Under the pieces are notes generated by a model that saw only the letters and a list, made by a program, of their open reading frames with translations, had not been told where the DNA came from and did no database searches. 64,000 nucleotides of DNA from Phoronis australis (lineage: Eukaryota; Animalia; Phoronida): contig NMRA01000529.1 of the NCBI GenBank assembly GCA_002633005.1, positions 62,001 through 126,000 of the forward strand, read 5' to 3'. Position numbers and translations under genes: made by a program. Shown piece after piece: positions 1 through 10,900 of this stretch (position 1 is the first letter of the stretch; every line of letters begins with the position of its first letter).

Positions 1-99
1 CCAATATCCCAGGCAGATATTTTCTTTGTAAGTATTTAAAACCGTTATCTGTTCTGAAAAGAAATATGGCATCTCCTTCTTGTCTTGTAGTTCCCTGCC

Positions 100-372
100 C
101 TGCGATTGTTTGGCGCACAGGCGTCCTCAGCTTCTGATCGTCCCCAATACACTACATATAATACTACAAGGTATGACACTCCCGACTAGAAATTCCACGG
201 GTGCTTCACTTCAGCTGTCCATAGCAAACATAAAACTCAATAAATGTACACAAAACCGGGGTTCAACAAACCATGAGGAATTGTTCTTTCTCCCAATACC
301 ATTCACGGTGTCCTGTTACGGCGACTTCGTAAGAAATTCGCAGTCAAAGAACAAAAATTTTCACAAAAAGCC
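100..372. repeat. Diverged dispersed repeat, homologous to ~2590-2860
   Basis: Colinear shared blocks: atactacaaggtatgacact, cttcacttcagc, gggttcaacaaaccat, aattgttcttt, acaaaaattt. Confidence 0.75.
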
Positions 373-392
373 CCCACACACTTTCACCCTGG

Positions 393-843
393 GCCCGTTA
401 GCGAATAGCTAACAGAGGCTCATATGATTCACCGGAAGCACATCTACAACATCCCCCTCTTCCCTACGGAACGGGCATGCCACCAGGAAGGTGAACACCC
501 GGAGTGGATGTCTCGCATACAGGTCATCAACGTCTCTTGGTACCTTTACCACCACAACACAGGTGAACACAAGGTAGTCTCTCAAACAGGTCCTTGACTC
601 CTGGAACCTTCCATGTGCGCCTTCCCGAGGTCCACGGGTACTAGTTGGCAGTGCTTCATCAGTAGATCATCCGTTTGCCGACTAGGCCATTTGTAGTAAT
701 AGCCGAGATTACCCGACCCGGGAATCGAACCAGCGACCCCCATAAAACTGGCAAGCGTGCTAACCATTCAGCAAATAGGCAATTGCCCATTAGCGAGTAG
801 CTAACAGAGGCTCATGTGATTCACCGGAAGCACATCTACAACA
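393..843 (-). mobile_element. Miniature non-autonomous LTR retrotransposon (TRIM) with a tRNA-like sequence in the LTR; 3' LTR truncated
   Basis: Minus strand: 152-bp LTR TGTTGTAG...TTACTACA (843-692); AA then PBS TGGCCTAGTCGGCA (689-676), complementary to the tRNA-Ser 3' end; ~240-bp non-coding interior; polypurine tract AGGGAAGAGGGGGA (465-452); second LTR restarting TGTTGTAGATGTGCTTCCGG (451 to ~393). Confidence 0.8.
710..780 (-). other. tRNA-derived segment (Pol III A/B boxes) inside the LTR; not a functional tRNA gene
   Basis: A-box-like TTGCTGAATGG (774-764) and B-box GGTTCGATTCC (731-721) at tRNA spacing; stems degenerate. Confidence 0.7.
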
Positions 844-1881
844 TTATGATGACTCGAGTCGCGACCGAGTTCAACATCAGCGAAAGGTAGGCAATTACGT
901 TGTCCTGGATGCCACAGGAATACACGGGTGATAGTACATCCCCACCAAAAGTTACAAATTTCAAAGTACAGGAAATAAAATCAAATGAAACATGCATATA
1001 TATAATATATGCATATTATGCACATGGAGTTATAATTAACACATGGAGACGATTCAGTCAAGATAATTTGAACAAATCGATGAAAATCTGTTGCGGTTTG
1101 CTCGAGTTTCTCTTACTGGGTGCCATCTTGAAATCCTGCATGTTGATAAATAAGAAGTCCAAGGGACACAAATCTTACAAAATATATTTCACCTGATACA
1201 TCCCATGCTATTTTGCAAGTGTAGTGTGCTTCACACAGTCTCGCGCTAGCCTTTGCCTAACCTATGTGACTCATGCACTCGCCAGTTAAAATACTTTGCG
1301 GTCGTCGTGCGCGTGGTGAAAAAGTTAACGTTGACCAAAAAAGTGGAGTTGGAATTCTTCGCCAAAGATATGTATAGAAGTAGAAAGGACCACTGAGAAA
1401 GTAAGCGCTATTTTAAGTGATAGTTTTAAATGTGGAATGTATTTTTGACGAGGTGAAAACTCCTCATCAGTGACTGCTTTTGGCTTACTGCCCCTGTAAA
1501 ATACACGGGACAAAATTCCTACAGAAAGTGATGGGAAGTATTGTAGCCCCTAAATGGCCAACCGAGGGGCTACGTGTTGCCCTAAACGAAAGAAGTTCGA
1601 CTCTAAAACAGAAATGTGACGGTGTCAGCGTCCTTACCGAGCAATAGAGACGGTGATGCTCCCATAGGGCCTTCATATGCGGAAGCTTTTTCAATGAATT
1701 ATTACTGACACTGCAGTGGTGGACGCTTAAGCTGAACGTTAATTCGCATTGGCAGCCTAGCAAAAATCCCAGGTGGTCAAACGAAATCTGAGGTCACCAA
1801 AACAAAATCCCAGGATGCCAAATAGGTTATTATTTCAATCTGACTCCACTATTTTCTGAATCCTCTTGTGGTGAACCTTAA

Positions 1882-2570
1882 CCCTTATAGTGCTTTACAC
1901 TGTAACCAGTGTCCAGACCAGCCAGGCTGGCTAGTTTTAGGTCAAGCTCAATATTAACACCATCAATTGTTTTAATCAAAAATTTAACAAACCAGTTTGA
2001 TTTATATACTATGTATTATACATCAGTGTGAAGCTCATGAATTCAGCTTCATCTCTATCATATTAATCTGGAAGATAACTAAATTATATGCTGCTGATGA
2101 CCAATGGAACACCGTAATGGTGTAAAATACGACAGTTCTCAATATTCTCATCTCATGCAATTTAAACACAAATAACCAAAACATATGACTATAAGTCAAT
2201 TAAAACAAGGGTAGAAGTGTTCTGAAATCAATATCAAGTGTCCATTTCAAACAAGAGGCCTCTGAACAACAGGTAAATCAAGTTAAGTTACCAGTGTGCA
2301 GGAAGACTGAAAAATCCCATGCTCAATATGGAATCCTAGACCAATATTGCTCAATTAGCCAATCACAAACAGTTTTTCATGAATACTTGGGACCTTATGC
2401 CTTGTCTGAAGCAACCCAGCCTAACTAGGCCCTTTTAAATTATCTGATCGGCCGTTATTTTTTAATTGAGTTTGACCTACTTAGGTGAGTGCTGGTCAGC
2501 CGGACACATCTGGCACTAGCCAGACAGACTGGAATGTTGAGACCGTATAAGCCTGGGGTTAGCAGCAGGG
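1882..2570. mobile_element. piggyBac-like non-autonomous element (MITE)
   Basis: TTAA|CCCT at 1878-1885 and AGGG|TTAA at 2567-2574; subterminal inverted similarity (taggtcaagctcaat vs attgagtttgaccta); no ORF. Confidence 0.55.
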
Positions 2571-2853
2571 TTAACATGATTATATTACTTGCACCAATCG
2601 CAGGCATCCTCATGCAGGTTCTTATGGTCGTTTCTGATACACTATACACATGTATACTACAAGGTATGACACTTGGGACTTGGAGTTTGATGGGTACTTC
2701 ACTTCAGCCTGCCATATCACCAAACTCAGAAAATTTACACAAAACGGGTTCAACAAACCATTCAGCAATTGTTCTTTCTTCAGATACCATTTACAATGTC
2801 CTGCTCCAGCGAGTTCGCAACAAATTCGTGGTCAAAGCACAAAAATTTCCCAA

Positions 2854-3053
2854 AAAGCCAATGCGTACTGTCAATGTATCCCACAGAAATTTCTAGTTTG
2901 TCGCAGAAGGTCAAGACATCAATAACTCCAAACTTAGCCCATAGACGGTCTCTGCTTAGCCAGACCATTTCGAAACCTTCCGTGATGAACCAGCAATTGC
3001 CGTCCATTCGTAACTCATCAGATAATTCCGTGCCAACAGTACGCATTGGCTTT
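2854..3053. mobile_element. Small MITE-like element with perfect 18-bp inverted termini
   Basis: aaagccaatgcgtactgt (2854-2871) is the exact reverse complement of acagtacgcattggcttt (3036-3053); no clear TSD. Confidence 0.5.
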
Positions 3054-4776
3054 GTCTGTTTACAATCTGACTCCATTGCTATTACTATTTTCAGAATCCA
3101 CTCGTGGTGATCCCAAAAATGTATTACCGAAAGGTCTCTTCTTATTCATGCATTCAGTGACTTTGCAATTTGTTCGCTCATTTGCTAGTAAGCCGATCTC
3201 GGGTGACAGCTGTTGTAGTATCATATTTCTATGTAGCGTATTTATATAACACATGCTGTGAATGAAGTAGTTCTCTTGGTACTGAGCCTTCAAATATAAA
3301 TCTATTGTACTGGACCTGGTGTCTTCATTATCACCTCTAACTGGTTAAATGGTACTTGAGCAGGCGTTATAAAAGTGCGACGCCTCTCGGCAAAAATGAC
3401 AAAACCAGTGATCACGAGTTTGTTGTACGACCCGAAACAAAAATTGACTTGGAAGATTCTAGGTGGTACATTGGAGAAACTCTGAGTTTAACAGTAATAT
3501 TCACATGCCTCTACAAAACTTCTTTAGAAAAATGAAAGTGCTGAGTGTTCTTGCGGACAAATACCGCCTTCGAAACCACCCAACTTCTTGTGGACATATT
3601 TTGACTCGTGTCGTGGTGGACATGTGCCGTCTTAGAGACAGAAACTGTTTCGAACATGTGAAATTAGGTTATAACTAATAGCACTGGCTGGATAAAATAT
3701 GCAAACTCAAAAATACATTTTGCAGAGAACCAGCTTCACTCTAGGTTAACTAAATTAGTCGTCATTCCTACTGAGAGGTTTTGCACTTTTAAAAATGGCG
3801 ACCTCACTAAATCCACATTGCAAATGAATACCTTGGAAAAACTGAATTTATGAAGGTACAAATTGGTGCAAGTAATACATTTTTGAAATCTCCATGACAA
3901 GAGAATTCAGAAGAAAGTGATATCAAGTATGTACGTCAATGGAGTTGTATTGTAAATATTAACCTTCAAATGAAATTTAAGGTTGCCGAAAAGGCATAAA
4001 ATTTGTCTACTAAAAAGGGTAGTACTGATTAAACCATTGAAGTCACGTCTTATCCCCTGGTGCGTACGGTGTAAAAATGGCCGATTGATGATTTGGGCTC
4101 CTAAAGGAAGCACTGGTCAAAAAGGTTTGATCAAAAGAAAGTTTGTTCCAGTTGGAAGGACTTAAAGACGGCCTCCTAAGGTATCCCTATATGCACAGAA
4201 GGTACCTAAAGCTATGTGAGTTTGAAGGTATAATCAGTGCGGGGCATAATTTGCAGAAGAACTTCCAGCATCGACAATGGGCAATTGCTTCTTGCCTATC
4301 GGTTTTCAACTCGAGTCAAACACTAGTGGCCCGTGCTTTACACCAGTTATAAACAAGTGGATGTTCTACACTGATGCTCCTACCGGTGATATCTTTCTCT
4401 GGTAGACATAATCTGATTAATGCTATAATTGTAGAAAAAATTTTCCTGGAAATTCTCTATTCAGCAGTCATGCATTTCTAGTGTTCCGCATTGCTCTCGT
4501 TAGTGTATATTTTGCTGCATTCCATAAACACACAAAACATGAGCTTGTACTTAGTAGAAGCAGTGAAGTCTATGTAATGATTTAGCTAATCAAGCCCGTA
4601 TTTCATCATTTCAACCTCAAGTGGTGGCCATTTTGTGGCTGCCATTTTGCTAGATTATAAGAAAATATTTGCAACAGTTGTGTGCTTTTCCACGATCTCA
4701 CTTTTCTGGCAGGAAACTTGGTTTTGATGAATTGCTTCCCTGGTCACCTTTTGTATGCTTGTCACATGTTACCTAG

Positions 4777-4925
4777 GAAGAGGAGGATTTACCGTATGAA
4801 GAGGAGATCCTGCGCAATGCTTTCTCCATCAAGTGCTGGTTACGATACATTGATCACAAGAAGACGTCGCCCAGAAATGCTGTCAATCTCATATATGAGA
4901 GAGCACTGAAGGAACTACCTGGAAG
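4777..4925 (+). CDS. XAB2: XAB2 coding exon
   Basis: [28 protein letters not shown]...[11 protein letters not shown]; AG/GT flanks. Confidence 0.95.
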
Positions 4926-7900
4926 GTTAGTCTGAAATGGATTGTAAACTTGTTTCAACAAGTTTTTATTGTTTGTGTTTGGTTTGTTGCCATCGTAAAC
5001 CTTCTGCCATCTTCTTTTGTCGTCATTGGACCCCACTTCATATGTTTTGTATTTGTGAACTCTTTTGAATGCATTAACATTAACAGTTAATGTTACTGGA
5101 TTTCAAAGAAGGTTTTACAAAATTTCGCCTTGTCAAAAATGAACAAAATTTTGAAGTAAAAGTTTGTGGTGAAATTTCAGACAATTTTGACATGTTACTT
5201 TTCGTCTTGTCTTTTTCATGTTTTTTTATTTCTTGTATATCAAAGCAGAAATTAATTTCAACAGAATTTTTAAACTGTCTACCATAACTAATAAGTTTTA
5301 CAAAATCTGCATGGTATTATAAATAACTGAATATAATGGAGTGATGGAGTGTAGTACAAGGTTGTAGTTAAGTACTTTTGGGCGGAAGGTTCTTATAATT
5401 TCATATCCCTGGTTTTATGCTACTTGGAGAACAGCATGTTGGGTACTTTCAATATCTAAAATTGTTTTCTAAATTCATAGTGGATTTCATATGATAAATA
5501 CAACCGTATGTCCAAATAAATGTTGAGATTTCTCTCTCTTTATGTCTCACATAGCATTTCATTGCAGTTACAAGTTGTGGTACAATTATCTCAAGTTGCG
5601 GCGCCAGCAAATCAAGGGACGATGTGTCATAGACCCGGCTTATGAAGATGTCAATAATGCTCACGAGAGGGCGCTTGTGTTCATGCACAAGGTAAATAAT
5701 GTAATACACCAAAGACTTGAAATTTTAAATTCAAATCAAAAAGGCTCCCGACTTATGTTTGAAGCCTACGCCTCACTGGATCCCAACTCATTTCATCTGG
5801 CATCAAAAAACTTTTCAAAAGTATGAACACTACCATATTCTGCCATGTCAACACTCACTGCACATTTTATTACCTCCTCTCCCAAGTTTTGAGTGAAGTT
5901 GTTTAAGCAACCAGTAGTGCTCGTTTTAAGACCCACCCTGTTTTTTGAACAACTGTTCCTTTAGCAGCCAAAAGACCCTGTAATTTTATACGCCGTTAAC
6001 ATGCATTTTTATGTGGAGTAAGCAAAGATGAGACTTTTTAAGATAACAAGAATTTGTAAGCATATTGCTAGTTAAGTCGCAATTCACTTGGCAGAGTTCA
6101 GCTAAAGGAAAACAGCATTTATTTAACACATCAATTAATATTTTCAATGCTTAACACTCAATGGTAGATTTTGCTAATGAAGCTTGTAAACACGTCTCGT
6201 CAGAGATTACTTTTACAAATCGTAAAGGATTAGTGATACCTACTGGCTGTTGTTTAAGGGACTTTGTGTGATTCTCTTTGTGCAAGATCTTTTTGCTAAT
6301 CATTCAAACAAGATCTACTTTTAAAGGCATTTTGTTCTTGATCATCAGAATTGTTCTTTTTAGTTACCACAATTTTTCGCCATCCAGAAGTGAACACAGT
6401 CTAGGTTTGTATCTAAACAGTCGAGTGTTAAATACCTGTCACTATTTCAAAATATCACTATTCCAGATGCCCAGAATTTGGTTAGATTACTGCCAGTTCC
6501 TTATGGACCAGGGTCGTATCACTCGCACACGGCGACTGTTTGACCGAGCCTTGCGGGCACTTCCCATCACGCAGCACAATAGGATATGGCCACTTTACCT
6601 CAAGTTTGTTGGCTCGCACGACTTACCTGAAACAGCTGTCAGGGTTTATCGGCGGTTCTTAAAGGTATGTTACTTTCAAGATAAAGCAGCTACAGTTGAT
6701 TTTTTACCTAATGTTGTTTTGTCATTCTGTAAGAATAATTGATTAGTTATTTATTATGATAATGGAAAACTTAGAATTTTTTGTTGACAATTATTGAGAA
6801 AAATTATACAATGTCGGCCATATTATGCTCTATATACTGTACATGATAAAGGTAACCAGATAAAGTAAGGTCGTGACAATTGTCTCATCTGGTAATAAAC
6901 ATTATGGCGTCAAACTTGTAATATCTGAATGACTAAGCCACCATACTAACTGTACTGTTTATCCTCTCCCCATCCGTCATGAGGGAAAGCTATTTTGACG
7001 AAGTATTTGGCTTTTACTCGGCCGTCATCGCATCATTTTGAGTCGTTTTGTCTTAATACTTTTGGCTTGTACTGGGGGTGAAGGAGTACTCTAGATGTCA
7101 TTTTCCTATTATTAAGATCCATGACAGAGAATTGAGAGAATTATATAGGCCTTCTCATTTTAATTGAACTTCTTGACTTACAAAACCTCAGTCCCTCCTT
7201 ATTCATTCCGTTCCAGCCAGAGAACTCATAGGTGTATAGGTTAGCTATACAATGCTTCTGCTCAATTAATCACCTGGATGACTGCCCTTTGCTACAAATC
7301 CCATTCTCTCTTCTCCATCCTTGCAGCTCCAGCCAGAGAACTCAGAAGAGTATATAGACTATCTCATCTCAGTTGACCGACTGGATGAAGCTGCACAGAG
7401 GCTTGTGTGCATAATAAATTCTGAAGAGTTTGTGTCACTGCAAGGGAAATCAAAGCACCAGGTAACCTTTGAAGGGCATTCCCATCTTGTTGCCTAGAGA
7501 TCACATTACAACTAGGTTAGCTTACTTTGCAAACAAATATTTTAAGCCATTACAAGGAATTTAACAAATTTGCAAAATAGAGAATTAAATGTGCATTTTT
7601 GGGTTAGACCTTCCACTGTTTCACTCCTGTCGGTGATCACTGTTGTTTTTGTTAGGTAAGCGTTAATTCCTTATTTTACCTGTTTGCAATGATGCGTTTG
7701 TTGATTTTCTTTTCCAGGAACTCTTTCACATTTTACCTCACTCACCTGTGCCTCTTGATACAGAAATATTTTACCCGAGGAAAGTTTCCCCAGCTGGTCT
7801 CCAGCAACACCAAGCCCCCATCTCACAATGCTTATACTTTAGTCCTAATTGCTGCATATGAGTAGAATATAAACTCTTGTAGAATTTTCAACTATTGTTT

Positions 7901-10900
7901 TTCCATCTACAGTTACCACATGCTGCTTACCGTTAATGCTGATTGGTCGTTTTTTCAGCTGTGGAATGAACTCTGCGAGTTGGTGTCCAAGAATCCCGAC
8001 AAGGTGAAGTCTGTAAAGGTGGAGCCTATCATCAGGCAGGGCCTGAAGAGGTTCACAGATCAGATAGGAGTGCTGTGGAACTCTCTGGCTGACTACTACA
8101 TCAGGGGCGGTCACTTTGAAAAGGTGGGCATGTCTTGTATTAGTGTGGTTCTTTGCTCATTGGCTGTTTACTCTTTGAGGGCGATTATTTATAAGCTATA
8201 CCATTCCAGAATATTGATGCTGTTCCTTTTAAGTTTTGTAGGACAACACATTCCATATAAATCAAAACTAGAACCAACTAACTTCAATCTCTTGGTTAGG
8301 CTAGAGACATCTATGAGGAGGCTATACAGACAGTGATTACAGTCCGTGACTTTACCCAAGTCTTTGATGCGTACGCTCAGTTTGAAGAGAGTATGATCAG
8401 TGCCAAGATGGAGAGCATGCCTGAAACGGGTCCTTCGGAGGAAGGTACGGTGTAAAATGATTGACTGACAATTCCTAAAAATGACTGTATCTTGTCAGAT
8501 GTGACTTTTCAATATTGAAGCCAAATTCATGAAGGAAGTCTGAAATGAGGATTTTTTCATTGAGGAATTAGTCACAACTCAGCTTAGAAGATTTGTCGAT
8601 TTTTCACTGTCAGTTGTTAATAAATGTTTTTAGCATAATTGTGCATTGTCATTTACGTGATGAATGAGTGTTGCAGATATGCTGAAATAGAGAAAAGTTT
8701 GTCAAAACTGTGCATGATCTTTCTACCGAGTTTTTACTACGAAGTTAAACTTAAATATAGGATTGTGTTTAGTCCATCAACGAATTTTAGAAAACTACAG
8801 TGCAAGCCAAAAGTATTTAGATGATATTACCCAAAATTCCCTGCCACGCTGGCTGAGAGGATGCCAAATTCATAATCAGAACAGTCTTTCCTCATGACTG
8901 AGAATGAAGGTAAATTATGAGGAAAGGTAGTGAGGTGACTAAGCCATTCCATCACTGGACTTATGACAACCTAATAGTTATTGCTTTTTGGTGCTAATTG
9001 CATTAGGCATCATGACATTTTACTTTTATTTGTCTTGTACTATATATCTCTCTAACGAACTGTCAGCTGAAACAATATAGGTAGAGAAGACGTTCAAAGT
9101 GATGTGATTGTAAACTGAAAAAAATACCTGAAAAAGCAGGCTTACAGGTTCTGCAATGTCTGTGCTAAACGGTATAATCGCCAGAATTATGGAGAATCAA
9201 TGATTGAATGGAAATATCACTTTGTGCTACAGATGACCTTGACCTTGAATTGAGACTTGCCCGTCTTGAGCACCTTATGGACCGGCGCCCTCTATTGCTC
9301 AACAGTGTGCTCCTTCGACAAAATCCACATAACGTGCATGAGTGGCACAAGAGGGTCCAGCTGTATGAGGGTAACCCCAGACAGGTGAGGTTACTGTTAT
9401 GCACAAGCGTGTCAATATGAACTAGGTAAGCTCTTGCAGGTGAGATGATTAATATACAAGTGCGCCACTAAGGAAATTGCATACAGGTAAAGGCAATTAT
9501 TATGCAGGTGTGCATGAGTTGAAAAGGTAGGACTTGCACCCAGGAAAGACCTTGAAAGTGTGTAAAATTCTACAAGAATTTCATAGCAAGTCCTTCTCGT
9601 TTGGGAATTTCTATGAGTACCTGAACCGTCTATCTTAATGACAATGTTCTCATAACACTTGATTATTGATAAAGAAAGCGTAGGCTACATACAAGACTTC
9701 ATTGTTCATTTTGTTTTGCCATTATGTTTGACATTGCAGCAACCAGTTATGCTGACTGAGACTATCACCTGTCGGGTTATCTCCTAATCTTCACTCTCCT
9801 TTACTGACTTAGTTTGTCATTGTCCATCCACAGACCGTAATTGGATCACTACAGTTTGTTTTACCATATAACAAGCAGATTTTCTTTGTAACCTTGTAGA
9901 AGTTTATTCAGTGTAGTTATCATTGTCTTGTTTAGATCATCAGTACGTACACTGAAGCCGTGCACACAGTTGACCCCATGTTAGCCTCTGGCAAAGTTCA
10001 TACTCTCTGGGTGGAGTTTGCAAAGTTCTACGAGAACGCTGGACAAATTGAAGATGTAAGAAACCATTACTTGTTGTTGTTTGATGGCCTGAAGACTTTC
10101 ACAAGTTTGTGAACTTAGAAGTTGAATCGACACCATCTTCTTTTCCACGCTCAAAAATGTAATAACGTTTTCTTACTGGTCAGCCCTGACTTAATCTTCT
10201 GATATGAAGCTCATCATGCCAATGGTCTCCCCTGTCTTAATCTTCTGATGTAAAGCTCAGAATGGTAATGGGAAGGACAAGCCTTAAGATGGACTGAACA
10301 GACCTTCGAGTAGAAGGATGGAACACAAAAATGAGACGGTGTTGTGGTGTGAACGTCATACTATTGGTTCATTTTACATGACTGTACAACACCGTGTGAA
10401 CGTCATACCATTGGTTCATTTTACATGACTGTACAATCTCAAATCACACACATCTCGAATGCTAAAACTACTATTGACCTGGCAGTACCAAAGATGTGCA
10501 CATCCACAAAAAATGGTTTTTCCAGTTGTGTCTAATTAAAAAGTTTGTTTTCACTGCAAAATTAGTTTTTTTATTGACCTGTGTTGTAATAAATCAAACA
10601 ATGGCTGATTTCATTTCTGATGAATTGATGCAATTTACATCAAAAAATCTAATTAAAACTTCAAAGTTAATAAATTAGTTTTCTACGTTCTTTTCACTTG
10701 CTGTACTGAAGGAAGTTGTTCATCATTTTAGAGTCGCATCATATTTGAGAAGGCCGTGCAGGTCTTGTACAAGAAAGTGGAGGATCTTGCCTCAGTTTGG
10801 TGCGAGTGGGCAGAGATGGAGATTAGACATGAGTAAGTCTGATCACAATATTGTTGCTCATAGTTTTGATATCATAAATATTGTGCGATAGATTGATTGA

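Noticed and set aside
710-780. tRNA gene
   Set aside because: A and B boxes are present but the stems are degenerate and it lies inside an LTR.
1060-1140. Minus-strand caagATGGCA start of a divergent gene
   Set aside because: Frame closes after 22 codons; no recognisable product or further exons.
3795-3827. aaaATGGCG as the XAB2 start
   Set aside because: Stop after 10 codons with no donor site.
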